64,000 bases of DNA from Hydrolagus affinis (lineage: Eukaryota): assembly GCA_012026655.1 (NCBI GenBank), contig JAAILG010000034.1, positions 124,001 through 188,000 of the forward strand, written 5' to 3'. Shown here in pieces: positions 39,601-52,180 of the stretch. A program made the translations under genes and the position numbers. The first letter of the stretch is position 1. Each line of letters opens with the position of its first letter. The notes beneath the pieces were generated by a model. The model was not told the origin of the DNA. It did not search any database and was given only the letters and a program-made list of their open reading frames with translations.

Positions 39601-40053
39601 TGACTCTTGTCAATGGCGCTCTATATCACCCAACAGCAAATGCAGTCTGCAGGATCAAATCCGTTACCCCTGCCAATTTCCCTTCACTCCTAGATAAAGC
39701 TTTCCAGTATTGGGAGGTGCTCAATCCAACAGCCTGGCTGAGAACTGGCTGAACTCAACCATGGCCCTCAGCAAAAAGCTTTCAGTTCTGAACAAGAGAC
39801 CTTCGAGATTCCAGTGTCGTGTGAAGGTTGTTCAGTGCTACAATTGAACCTTTATGTTAATTTCACAAGCCTGGGACTTTTTGCTGATGGGAAGGGAGGG
39901 AAATCACAATTTTGTAACTCATCCAGTTGGGATTACACTGTGGAAAAAGCCAACTACACCACTTCTGGTGCCAACGCTTCTGATGCTTAAAGACATTCAT
40001 TTGGTTTTCATTCCACACTGAATTTATTTTACACTTGAGAAAATAAGTGCTCT

Positions 40054-40107
40054 GAGAGAGAGAGAGAGAGAGAGAAAGATAGAGAGATGAGAGAGAAAAG
40101 AGAGGGG
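40054..40107 (+). repeat. (GA)n microsatellite / purine tract
   Basis: Seen directly in the sequence. Confidence 0.9.
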
Positions 40108-40784
40108 AAAAAAAACAAGATTTCCTGCATCTGTCACTTGCATTGATTCGTCTTCAGTTGTAGATTGTTCCATTTCCCCCTGCTGATAAATCCTGTAACT
40201 GTCAAGAGCATCTGTGAATGAGATACAAGATGTGATTTTATTTTCTCTTCAACCACTTGGTATCTTACTGTAAATGAAATCTCAATAATAAATCAAACTA
40301 AATGGGACTCGCTCAGATCAGGAACCCAAATCTATGAATTATCTCTTCTTAGCCTAACCATGACTGGAGGAGGTACAGAACTCAAGAGATTACAGACACT
40401 GAGAAGTTCCCTTCCTCCCCTTCCCTGGTGTGAAACAGATAGGTACTCAATGCTGCTCCCAATAGTTCTACATCAAGAATTTAACTGGCAAGCAAGAGAG
40501 ACAAAAAGATATATAACATATTCACTGCGGGTTAATTTACAGTGGCTTGAGATTGTGTAAATGCAGAATACCACACAGTCCCCAGATGATACATAAATAC
40601 AAGTTGTGATTCCAGCAGCATCTTCATTGACACCTGAATGGGCATTCTAAAAATGATAGTGTCAAATGTACCTTAATTGTCATCTCTCTATATTGATGAT
40701 CACATTACCTGTAATTGATGTTACGAAGAACATGTTAACAAAAGCTAATTAGCTGGAGTTAATTTACAATACTTCTATAAATCA

Positions 40785-41165
40785 ATGTTACTCTATATTT
40801 TATGTACAAGTTTAGGTCAGAATTATCTAGAGTGGAATGAATAGGAATGGGTCGCTCAAAGTAGCTGCTGCATCCTAGTAGGGATAGTGTCTGTTAATTG
40901 AAATATGGAGAAGTGATCAAACCACGCGATAGAGCGGTTGGGGCATGTAACATAAAACTAGTCAGGTTCAGGAATTAAATTAACCACAACAGAAGATCAA
41001 ACCACAAAGGCAACTACGGTCGGTCGCCTGCAAGGAGCCAGATCAAACACCTCCATCTGTCAATCAAAGGGGAATGGAGTCCCGCTGCTTACTTGGCAGC
41101 TATTCCTGCAACTGATGAAGATCCAAGACAAAGGTCTGAAATGTCCTGAATTAATAGCAGTTACA
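40785..41165 (+). mobile_element. Penelope-like element relic (GIY-YIG C-terminus plus hammerhead)
   Basis: Frameshifted fragments LYILCTSLGQNYL, IGMGRS, MEK...AIE, GNYG-R-RL-KE-IKH and PSVNQ follow the Penelope pattern Y-I-C-CG-YIG-TGRS...SAIAEH...RLIKEAIEI...PS-N. A CTGATGA...GAAA core follows immediately. Confidence 0.55.
41096..41161 (+). ncRNA. Degenerate minimal type-I hammerhead ribozyme
   Basis: CTGATGA at 41112-41118; stem II AGATC/GGTCT (41119-23/41133-37); GAAA at 41138-41; TGTC (putative cleavage after C41145); distal stem I GCTATT/AATAGC (41099-104/41153-58). Confidence 0.5.
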
Positions 41166-42299
41166 AAACACACTGAAGACAAGAAGAAGACACTTAGAAA
41201 GGAAGGATCTTAATTTACAAAGAATTTAGATTTTCCTATATAATTCTCAGTTGTTTCCCAACTCCAAAATAATTCCATATCAGATGAAAATGTAAATCTA
41301 ACAACAGATTGTATCATTAAATCTGTTATGAATCAATGCATTTTTCACCCTAAACTCTAAACTAATTCCTAGCCGTGATGCAAAATGCAACATTTCATAA
41401 CTAGTGCATCAAATCTGTCACAAAACACTGCAGGTTTTATCTCATAACACCAGTAACATGTCAACAATTCACAATCCAATCCAAAATAATTTGCAAAAGC
41501 AGAACATCCGTCACGATCTTGACTTAAAGCACAAACTCAGAATCCTTGGAAGTCCCATATCAAGTGGGCACTTGTAAAGGAGCAAAAAACTGTGACATCA
41601 AATATAATGTCCAAAGCCAGTGGACAATGACGTAACTCATTAAAAAAAAGCAATGAATTGTTTTGGTGGCACTGGTGTAAAAGCCTTTGAGTCACACCAG
41701 TGCATAAGTCACAACACTGAGTTCTCAGGACATAAAATCCTTCACGAATGCTCCCACCTCGTGGAATTTTATGGTCTGTTATAAGTAATACCAGGTGCCT
41801 GTCAGGGAATTTAAACAGTAATCCAATCACAGGTTTCAAGTGATAAGCACTGAATTGGCTCTTGTGATTTATAACATCCTTTATACTCTCCTGTGAATCG
41901 TATGAGAGTATTAAAATACAGACACTATATCACATCATCTCCTGCAATCCTCAATCACAGCAAGCTCACCACTACTTCTTTGCATGTTTTCACAGAAATG
42001 TGAGCTCTGCAAATGGAAAAGAAGGAGGAATAAGGATGGGCAAATGTTAAGAGAAACCTGAAGCATATAAAGTACTGTAGTACTGAACATAGTAATAGAT
42101 AAGATAAATCTAAACTATATTTTCAAAGTAAATCAGCAATTTTGAAACAGAAGATGTAAATAAAAAAAAGTTTATTTTAAAAAAGTACATTGGAACATAC
42201 ATCAGGGAAAAGTCTTGTGGAGTTACAATGCTCACTCAATCTACCAAGCAAGTTGATAGAGGTAATAATGTTAGGGCTACTCAAGATACTGCATCATTA

Positions 42300-42450
42300 G
42301 ATCACAAGAGAAATACAAGTGAAGAAGGCCCTTTGGCCCATTTGATCTCATCCCTACAGAACAAGCACTTCATCTTCTTCCCATTACAGTGTCAACCTTA
42401 AATGAGTCTAGCTTTTTGGCCTCCGCCACCCTTCCTGGAAACCCATATTT
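42300..42450 (-). mobile_element. CR1 3' tail fragment
   Basis: GAAGAAGGCCCTTTGGCCCATTTGATCTCATCC...CCTTAAATGAGTC...GCCTCCGCCACCCTTCCTGG reads as an antisense CR1 3' end. Confidence 0.6.
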
Positions 42451-42451
42451 C

Positions 42452-42925
42452 ATGTTTCGCCCACAAAATACACAATAAATCCACTTTACACTATATCTGT
42501 GAATAGCTTTGAGATATATCAACAACGTGATAAGGTGCTATATCAACAAAAACAACGAATTGCATATATATAGCACATTCCACATCTGAATGATGTCCCA
42601 AGGTGTTGGACAATGAGGGGTTTGTTTCTGAGCTGTGGGTTGGGATCCGATGGGGTGCTGGGTAAGGGTTTTTTCGAGGAGGGAAGATGACTGAAAGCAC
42701 TAAAAGGAAGGTCTTGAGATGGGCCTTGAAGGAGCTAAGGGTTAGGGGCTCTGGGGTGGATTCCAGAGAATGGGTGTAGAAAGGCTGAAGGCCTGACCGC
42801 CGATAGTGGAGCAGGCAGGGCAGAGGACATCCAGCAGGCTAGTATTTGCAGAGCAGAGGGAATGGACAGGTTATTGAAATTGTACTAGTTCAGAGGCAGA
42901 TAGGAGTAAGATATGGAGGGCAAGC
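42452..42925. mobile_element. SINE 3' fragment (+) abutting an L2 3' fragment (-), tail to tail
   Basis: GTTTCGCCCACAAAA...GATAAGGTGCTATATCAA (42452-42545), then antisense L2 from about 42546, homologous to 28469-28850. Confidence 0.75.
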
Positions 42926-43093
42926 ATTATTATTACTATTTATTATTATTACGTTCATTTTCTTCTGTTTAAAGAAATAGTTCTGGTGCCAATCCTAAAT
43001 AACCTGATCATAATCTGAATTATATACCGTCCTTCTGCTTTGGTGTAAAAGACCACCAGATTTAATTTTTCTAACTTATTTAGCATTAAAGTT

Positions 43094-43263
43094 GGAGTTC
43101 CTGTAGCTCAGTGGGTATAGCACTAGCCTTACAAGAGTGAGACTTGTGTTCGAATTCCAGGCAGATCAGGGCGAAACCTTGGGCAAGTTTCCTTACTCTA
43201 CACGCCTAATAATAATCCCTAGCGCTATATCAAAATGCTAGGATTATTATATTATTATAATAA
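43094..43263 (+). mobile_element. SINE family A, internally deleted
   Basis: tRNA head CCTGTAGCTCAGTGGG...GTTCGAATTCC and CCTTGGGCAAGTTTCCTTACTC, joined directly to GCGCTATATCAAA and (TTA)n. Confidence 0.9.
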
Positions 43264-43381
43264 TGTACCTTACATCTTGTAAGATTTTTTTGAGGCTGAA
43301 AAGTTCAAGCTTGTCCTGTCTTTCTCTTAGCACAAGAGTACGACATATTGAGCATGGGATATCACTGAATATGTTGCTATG

Positions 43382-43558
43382 TAGGGTCCGGCGATATATC
43401 GATATATCGCTAAAACCCGATATAATTTTCATATCGATACGCCGATATAGGCATTTCAAAAATATCGATATATCGAAAAAGTCTAAATATTTCAATATAT
43501 CTCGATATGAGCCCATCGATATATCTAAATCGGAAAATTTTCATATCGACGGACCCTA
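43382..43558. mobile_element. 177-bp hAT-type MITE
   Basis: 16-bp TIRs TAGGGTCCG[G/T]CGATAT (15/16); flanking 8-mers TTGCTATG (43374-81) and TTACTATG (43559-66) form a 7/8 TSD; the interior has many CGATAT/ATATCG repeats. Confidence 0.88.
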
Positions 43559-45134
43559 TTACTATGCTATGATTTAAAAAAGCATGCTTGCTGTCGATTG
43601 ACATGTTTTCCATGTACATTACTGTATAAGATAAACTTTCACCTCTTGAATTATAGTTAGAAGCTTGAGTTTGGCTACTCAAGCCAAGGTTTGTGGTACA
43701 AGCATTGTAGCACATTTCCTATGAATTCTGAAACCATCGTCTTTAACAGTCAGGTTACTAGTCAAGTCACAACTCTAGTCAGTACAATATTTGTCTTTAT
43801 GCATACCCAACTCTATGGTATATGTGTGGATCTCATTCAATGAAAATAATCAGATCATATTTCCTGTGGCTTTCTACTCCTGCCACACCTACCAGAGTCT
43901 GGTTACTGAGTAAAACCAGTAGTTAGGTGAGTTGCTTGCTTTCATAGCAAATCCTTTCATGGCTTTGGAGAAACACCAAGAAAATATCCAAACCAATTAG
44001 AAAAAGTTTACATATGATAAAGGTGCACACTGGCTTATGGACTTCATTGTCATAATCCTGTTGTTTGCACAAGTTCTGAAGAGCACCCAATATTAAAATA
44101 GTTGACACTGAACTTGGTTAATATGCAGAATGATACAAATTGCCATTTGCCAACACAATTGTAAGAAAAAATGAATGGCACTTCTCCCTCTGCGAAGAAA
44201 GAACTGTTTAGCAAACACCTTTTCACAAAAATTGGTGCCGCTGAACAAAGAAAATAAAGTGGGAAAATATTGAAATAAAAATGGAATTTGGTTGTGATTA
44301 GTAAACTGATTTATCCACAAATGACTAAGGTTTTTTTTAGGAGGAACAACCACTCTGTCTTGTTGCCGCATTGTTGTAATCAAATCTGATCATTTTCAAT
44401 GAGTGATTATAAACACAACCATCATAGTGGCAACCACTTTGTCAAGTCAAGGAAAGCCTCAGCCTCTGTACTGAGGAGGCATTTTCTGAAGACATTTTCT
44501 GATGACTTGCAACTGATGCACTCTGTGAACATTTTGAAACCTGCAGAATTAGGAGGACCGAACTCTCAAGTAATGTAAACCCAGTCCAGGGTTCCAGATT
44601 CAGAAGCCATTGAATACATTTTTTCACATTGTTGACTCTCACATTCTATATGTGTTTGCAACTGTATATTGAAAAAAGAATGTGGGTGACTTACTTTGAC
44701 AAATACTTAGTCAATACTTGGATGTAGGCAAGTCTTCTGGGATGAGCAGCAGCCTGATTTCCTTTCTGTCTGCAGGGAAGACCTGGACTCTGGACACGGC
44801 AAACAGCACTGAGAAAAGGATCACAAAGCTTCCAACATGGGGGGATTCACAGATATAATTTCAGGTCCTGTTACTGTACTTTTCTTCCTACTTATAGCTT
44901 CTATCAGCAGTTCCCAGCTATCTGTACATTGCTTTATGCATGTCCATACATTTCCCATTTGGCGATCTTTTAAATTTCCAGGTGTGTAGGAATTCTTAAC
45001 TTATTGTGCACAATGTTGAAAACAAATCCCAAATATTCAAGGCCTATTCTTTTCAATATATAGGCGTTTAAAGGATTTATTAAACATAAATGTCATGTTG
45101 AATACAATTGCAATAGGTTTTTTCTTGCAAACCA

Positions 45135-45330
45135 ATAACAACTTGCATTCAAATAGCGCCCTCCATGCCACTTTACGTCTCAGAGCGCTTCATAATAGCC
45201 GAGCCCAAGGCCGAGCCAGCGGATGGGGAAGGTGAACGTAAGCGTAGTTGAAGAGAAAGGTCTTCAGGCGCAACGCGAAGATGGGTAAGAAGAGGATGAG
45301 ATGAAGGGGTTAAAGGAGGGAGTTCCAAAC
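45135..45330 (-). mobile_element. L2 3' end
   Basis: AACAACTTGCATTCAAATAGCGCCCTCCATGCC...CGTCTCAGAGCGCTTCA...GAAGAGAAAGGTCTTCAGG is homologous to 19835-19975. Confidence 0.8.
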
Positions 45331-45649
45331 TAAACCAGAAGTTTATAAGAAATGAAGAAAAATAATTTAGGACCGCTCATTTAACAAAATGGCTAATTGG
45401 ACCGAAAAATTATAGTTACATCTTCACCTGACTATGAAAAGATGTCATCAATCAGTGTGGAATTAACATGGCTTTGAAAACATCAACAGTGTCAGCTACA
45501 CAGAACCAAGAAAACAATTTCAAGATTTGTGATGATCTTGATGGCATTCTCTGTATGGATTTCAAACAGAGAAGACTTCTTCTGAGATAAAAGAATTAAT
45601 ATCAGAAATTCATGCTGCAAATGACGAGAAAAGATACTGATAGTGACTC

Positions 45650-46830
45650 TTTTTACTAGAATATTTCTCAATAGAAATACCCAACTTTCTCATTTTGAAG
45701 GCAGAACATTGCTAATTGTCCATTAATATGCTCCCAACATTTCATGATAATGGGAATCAACTAGAGTGCATCCTGTAAAGGCATCCTGTAAAACTGTAGA
45801 CCAAGTAGATGAGACAGAAGCAAGGCTAACACCAATTGAAAACCATAAAAAAACATGTTTCAAATATTTGACCAACTGTTTATTAGAATGATCTTTAAGA
45901 TCAGGTTGCACAATATCAATCTTAACGGGAATAAAACTTTGCCTGCTCAATAATGGCCTGTAGCAGTAACTACACCTGACAGTTGAAAGAGAACAGGAAC
46001 TGAAACTTCAGGAGTACAGAAATAGATTCTGATCTAATGCAGGAGTTGAAGGTGAACTTGGGTCGGATAGCTTTATGTTCAGTGCTTTTGAACCATTTGG
46101 TAGATATACAGCAACGGGAACTAGCATTATTTCCGAACGACCAAATAGATCAGGAATTGAATTATTATTTGTCCAACTGCAAAATAAGTATTAGGAGGAA
46201 AACGTGCAGTTTGCTGCATTAAAAGTTCCCAGAATGATTACCGATCTGTGGATTCTCCATAAAACTTTGTAAATAGCAGCGGCTGACTCGGACACAAAGA
46301 AACTGAAGGGATATTTGCTCTCTTGTAAAGACATTAATGTGAAAGCTACCCTTTAGAATGATGGTGAGGGAAAGGGCACAATGAGAGAACAAATGGAGGT
46401 TATGTTATGATCAGCTGCTGCATCATCAGCTACATGCAAACTACACCAACCATTGGTACAGCATTAAAACAAAGTCAATTGGTTTTCAAAGAGTGTTGGA
46501 TGCAGTTGATGCTTTTGGTGAAAGCATTTTTTTTAATCTAGTCAATTAAAACACAAAATGTATAGCCAGACCTCCAATTCTCCTGGCAGTATTTGGAAAA
46601 TCATATTTAAAAGGTAACTTTTTTTCTAACATGGTTAGCATGGTAATGAAATTGACAATATTATATTTTCAGGGTGCTTGGAATAATTATTATTTAATTA
46701 TCATCTAGACTAAAGAAAAACTAAAGTAGCATAAATATGGTAGGAAGAAGTCTGAGAAGGATTTGATGTCTATTCTTTGGTGCAAGTTAAGCCTTTGTCT
46801 GCTCAAGCAAGACAGTGGCTCAGATGAAAA
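45650..46830 (+). pseudogene. Very decayed L1/Tx1-like ORF2 remnant
   Basis: Scattered ordered fragments GRTLLIVH*YAPN (endonuclease NxYAPN), FSAFEPF (FxLxxEPL), VNWFSKS (INWxKS), YLEN (YLGI) and WCKLSLCL (WxxLxLS). Many stops; inferred by eye. Confidence 0.4.
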
Positions 46831-47149
46831 GATTTTGCGCTCGAACAGCTCAATTGCAGAATTAAAAACTAGGCCGTATCTAAATTTAGGGATTTTCTTG
46901 TTAGTAGATGGACTGCTATTAATGAAGCTTGTTGATAAACAATGTTAGCACTAGAAGGTACTTGAGAAACAGCAAAAAATAGTTTGGGGTCTGAACTGAT
47001 TTACTGAATCAAGCAACAGAGGAACATCCTGACTCCTTGCATGAGACATTGAATACAAGGCAGCCATCTAGCTGCAGAACAAACCAAGCACAGAAAACTC
47101 ACTGAAATATATACTGCTAGTTTTAGTGATAGAGCCAGGAGCAAACAGC

Positions 47150-47335
47150 ATGGATCCACATTAAAGGGAACAGTTCCAAAATTCCATGATTCCCTCACGA
47201 CCATCGAAACTAAAGTCACCAGATGAGTAAAGGGAAGGGAGTTGCCAATAAATGATGCTCGACAGAAGTTACAATCTATAGAAGCCAAGTTGATGGATCT
47301 AGAAGCTAAAAGAATCAAAAGGAAACTTGAGAAAC
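47150..47335 (+). pseudogene. Possible L1 ORF1 coiled-coil remnant
   Basis: NDARQKLQSIEAKLMDLEAKRIKRKL resembles the L1 ORF1 'KLxDLExRSRRNNL' segment. Confidence 0.35.
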
Positions 47336-47449
47336 CAAATACATTTGCACTGTCTCAGCTTTAGGCAGCATAGACAAGAGCTGCAGCAAGATGAAGACAG
47401 AGATGCCAAAAAGCCAGCAAACCAAGGACTCTGATCATCTCAGCTTTTA

Positions 47450-47810
47450 TTTAAAAAGTATTGAAAATGTCTCAAAGCGCTTCGCAAATAATTGCTGTCA
47501 AATGTAGGGACTGTTTTTACGGGCAAACACAGCCGCCATTTGCTACAAGGAAAACTCACAATCGCAAGTCAAACAACTTATCTGGAGGAATGTTGGCCAA
47601 GATACCACACCGAAACTCCCTTTTTTTTCACAAATAGTGTCTTCAGCATTCTCCTGAGAATATGCAGATAGGATCAGAAAGACAAAATCTCTGACAATGC
47701 AGAACTCTCCTAGTACAGCAGTGCAATGTTAGCCTATGAGATCAAGACTTGGAGTAGGGTTTGAACCCATAACCTACTGACCCCAGAGGTAAGAGCAAAT
47801 TGAGATCCAG
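47450..47810 (-). mobile_element. Old Deu-domain SINE, near full length
   Basis: Antisense tail TGTCTCAAAGCGCTTC, TGTTGGCCAAGATACC, and head GGAGTAGGGTTTGAACCCATAACCT.CTGAC.CAGAGG. Confidence 0.65.
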
Positions 47811-48953
47811 TTAAAGTCATTTTGGCCTCATTTAATTGTATTAGGGGTTGCTCAATGTAAAGAATAGGAATGACCCACAAACAGCTGTCTAGAATTTGGC
47901 ATCTCTTCTGAACAGAACAAACCAGAGGTAAAGCAGACATTAAACAGGGAGAACTGTGGAATTAAATCAATATGTAGCTTCCAACAGTGGTCTTGTGGTG
48001 TGCAGGTTTTCAAAGTGAAAGAATAACCTTTAAAAATAGCAGTTCTTGATTTTTTTCTGCAAATTATGAGCTAAACAAATGCTAAAGGAATCACATGCAG
48101 ATGTAGAACTTTTGCACAAAGTGATGTTTGTGTGTTTTGTGGACGTTATGTGTCTGAAAATATCATGCGTCTATGTAGTTGGTAGACAAAGTTGTTTAAG
48201 GGTTCCCAAAAGCTACCTGAATGTAACATATTTTCAGCTACACAACTCGTGCTATAAACATCCACCACAATACAGTACTAATGACCTATTGTAACAGTAC
48301 TTACTTAAATGAGCAAAAAGGACTCAAATCTAGGAATGAAAGAATAAATTGGGAGAGCTGGCTCTCTTTTCAATTTGCGCCTTGTGTTTCTGTGTTGCCA
48401 GACAAGCCAAGATGGTCTCAATTGCAAATGAAGTGTAGTTTCTAAGAAACCAGGAATCTGGTTTCCAGATTGATGGGAACGTTACCTATCCCCTGGGCAG
48501 AGATTTCCAGCAGCGATGTGATGTGATCAGCGTCTGAACAGAGTGCTCATTTTCAAATCCCTTCATTCCCTCGCACCTCACCACCTATCTTATGGTCACC
48601 TCCCCCCACTCCCTCTGCCCCTGGCTCGGAGTCAGGGATGCTACCCCAAGGGAAGGAAGGTGTGATCCAGCTCTAGGACAGAGTTCTCATGGCTCTGTGT
48701 GATCTTCTTCTGGGCGAAGAATTCTCATTGGTCAGTGTGATGTATTTCAGATATCTCTATTTAAGACTTGCAGTTACTATTAGTGATTTCCATTATGAAC
48801 AGTCGCAATTTAGATTCCCAATTCCTAGAAGAACGTGTGGATAGAAATCTCCAGTAGTCCCAGTCTGTGGGAGAAAAATAACCTCTCGTTATTTGTCTAT
48901 GTGTTGAGTGAAGAGTGAGCCAGCTGTCTGTTCATCCAAACTTAAACCACAGA

Positions 48954-49311
48954 GGTGTATCATAGCGTAGTGGGTGATGCGCATGCTTCGCAACCAAGAG
49001 GACCTAGGTTCGATTCCTGGTCTGGGCAGAACCTTAGGCAAGTTTCCTTTCTCAATATGCCTCTGTTGACCTAGCAGTAAGTAGGAACTCAGTTGTTAGT
49101 CGATTTGCGGATCACTTTCCGAGAGTAATAATCCCTCCCAAAATAAATAAATTCGGTCACATGACTGTTTGTGGGACACTGATTTGCACAATTGGCTGCT
49201 ACTTTTAACCGCCACAAAAAATACAGTGAATTTACCGTACAATATATTCTGTAAAGCACTTTGAGATGTCTCAATGATGTGATAAGGTGCTGTATCAAAA
49301 ACAATTATTAT
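48954..49311 (+). mobile_element. SINE family A, long subfamily, full length
   Basis: Head containing GCGCATGCTTCGCA...GGTTCGATTCC (tRNA-Ala(CGC)-like), then GCCTCTGTTGACCTAGCAGTAAGTAGGAAC, a Deu-type 3' part and an L2 tail. Confidence 0.9.
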
Positions 49312-50637
49312 CAACGTACATACGCACCACTTTCTGAGAGTGTTTCTTAACAGCCTAGAAAAATTTAGAAGCATCATAATTGAAAATAAAATAATATTGC
49401 TAAGTCCAAAAATGAGTCAACTGAGCTCGACCTGTATTAGCTCAGACTGATCTAATCAAATCCTCCCTCTTCAAATTCATGCAAGCTTGCACTTAGTGAT
49501 TGTGCTCATTCCCCGTATGTGCCTCCTTTGAGCTGTCACATCTGTTATGATTATGTTATAATGCCTTCTTCATTGAAATCATCTGGGCAAACCACTCGCT
49601 CAACCACAAACAACACAAGTGATCATCTGTCTGCTTGCTGCATGTTATATGCTGGGCATTGAGTCAATACTATCTATTAATGTAAAAGCACACTTGGCTC
49701 TGGTTCTGAAGGTTAAGTAATCCATGACGGACCCAAAAAAACTTGCAATTTTTGCTGTAACATTTCAAGATTATTTTTGTTTATATTTGGGCTTATAACA
49801 AAATGACTTAGATGCAATGTGACATCCGCGCAATGGATTTTCCTGATACATCAGCGGTGAAAGCAGACAACTCTCTCCATCGTGAATACCCACTAGCAGT
49901 TTTTTTGAAAGCTCTGTGATGTTTGATTTTGTGTAACATAATTCTTTAAATATACAATAGTTGGCCTTATGTTGAACACAATGGCATGGAATTCCAGTGC
50001 TTAAGCTTGACTTACTCCATTTAGCGCAGGCTTCCCGATTCCTTTGTTAATGCAAATATAACTGATTCCAACACACACAATCCTTTTCAGAACATTAACA
50101 ACTCCAGTCTTCCAAGTCCCTGTCTCTATCTCACTTGCTGAAGTGAGCCCAGCAATGCTTTTGTTCTATATATAATGGCCTTAAATGGGTTGCAATGGGG
50201 ATACAATATTTGCTTATTTAGTCTATGCCAAGCAGTTTGACAAAAAATCAATTCCTTTGTTTGACAGGCATGCTATATACAGTAATTCTTCACTCAATCT
50301 GGCTCCGGGAAACCTGTGCCAAGGTCATCACTAAACGTCAAGGCTTTTTTTGTTGACTGTTCATGCTGGGGTAGGACTCCGAATATATTAGGAAGCATTG
50401 CACAGGGTTTGCAAGCTACAAGCTGAACCCTGCTGGTCTTAGAGAGGAATGGCAAATTGGACACAGTTGGTAGAATCTCCACATTATAGGGCTTTGTGTA
50501 AATGTAATGCAAATAAACCCCTTTACTGCAGTTTTAGTCATCATTTTCAACATGCAGTTGTTATAACTCCTATTTTTTCCACTTGTGAGATAGAATGGGC
50601 TCTTGCTTATATTGATACCTTACAATAAAAAAAAGTT

Positions 50638-50858
50638 GTCCTTCTGTAGTGTAGTGGTTAGCCTCGCAAGTGAGATCCAGGTTCGATTCCTGGGTGGGGT
50701 GAAACATTTGACAAGTTTCCTTACTCCACATGCCTCTGTTTATCTCGCAGTAAGTAGGAACCCAGTTGTTAGGCGATTGGCCAATCGCTTTTCCAGAGTA
50801 ATTATCACTTTTAAAATATTATTTGGTCACTCAATCCATGACTGTTTGTGGGACACTG
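50638..50858 (+). mobile_element. SINE family A, long subfamily, 3'-truncated
   Basis: GTAGTGGTTAG...GGTTCGATTCCTGGG...CCTTACTCCACATGCCTCTGTTTATCTCGCAGTAAGTAGGAAC...ACTGTTTGTGGGACACTG. Confidence 0.85.
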
Positions 50859-51904
50859 AGGTCAGCCTTTGCAGAACGGTGTACTAACAGTGATGTTATT
50901 TAGTAATCTGGGCGAAGAGCTACAACTCTCAAAAACACCAAATTTTATTTCCAAAAAAGCTTTCACCCCAAATTATAGAATGCCACTTACCGTTTGGTTG
51001 CTGCTTCCATTCAATTAGATAATTATGTTAATTAATACCAGAGATGCATCTCCCTCAATGCTGTTTCTGCTGGGAAAACAAAATGAACAGAGAAATGGAA
51101 AAATAAGTAAAAAGTCATTCTTCATTACAGTAATTTTAACATAAAATGAGTTTGAAAGTTGAGAGAATAACTTCACAAATATTGTCTCCATTGGAAAGTA
51201 TCCCATTATTATTATTATTGCTATCATCAGTGCAGGAACAGTCTGTTTAAACATGACATTTTCAAATCAGGTTTAGTTGATACAAAGTCTTCCAAAGAAA
51301 TAGAACTGTTTTCTTTTTCAAGGACATTAGATTGCAATTGTGAGGCTGTTTCTCTAGTTGTCATTAACATTAATTAGCCCACATAGACACAAGCTGTAGC
51401 AGCTAAGCAGTTAGCTAAATAACTGTCGCCTTAATTAAAGTCTTCATTACATTTGTTGTTTGGGAGGACAGGCAAATGAGCCTTGGATTTCGAACACCAT
51501 CAGTCAGTGGCAGGAAATGCATTTCTTACGAGATCAGATGAATGCTGCAGCCTTAATTCCCAAATGGTTTCTCAACCAGCAATCCAGCTGAAAACTGACA
51601 AAAACTCCCAACAAGGAGGGTTAGTGTTTGTGGATTGAAGCATCAACCCTAATAGTGATACAACTCAAGCTCAGGTAATCAGTCGCATGAAACAATGCCA
51701 ACTATCAGTCCTCTGTGAAATCTCACTGCTCATTTGTTCCTGGAACTGAAACATGTTTATAATACAATGTGTTCTGGGTAACTGATGCACAATTAATGGG
51801 ATTAAAAAGGACATTCCTTCGGCCCCAATTCAATACCTTTGCAACCTTGAAAAACCTTTTTATGAGATCATCAAGCCTGGGACAAAGAGAAGTTGCTGGA
51901 AAAA

Positions 51905-52180
51905 AATGGGGGGGAATCAGGTGGGTCTCTGACACATGTAGAAACCCATTACCATGCTTAAGAGTATCCCAACCAAACTGAGAATTCCATGCATCCCACC
52001 TATATATGGAAATCTCTGAGATAGATTGTTGAAATGGAATGCTCACAATTAGAATCATGATAATAAAATAATCCTCGCATTTGATACAGCACCTTATCAC
52101 ATCTTTGAGACGTCTCAAAGCGCTTCACAGAATACACTGTAAAGTGAATTAACTGTATATTTTGGGGGTGAAATATGCAG
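51905..52180 (-). mobile_element. Family C fragment (51905-52020) plus SINE A tail (52060-52180)
   Basis: GAGAATTCCATGCATCCCACCTATATA is antisense to 55392-55420. An antisense SINE tail GCATTTGATACAGCACC...CTCAAAGCGCTTCACAGAATAC follows. Confidence 0.7.

Noticed and set aside
39321-39752. Longest ORF (143 aa)
   Set aside because: TTG start, no recognisable domain and no convincing splice context.
43247-43715. Overlapping ORFs rich in D, I, S, R and Y
   Set aside because: Produced by the CGATAT repeats of the MITE.
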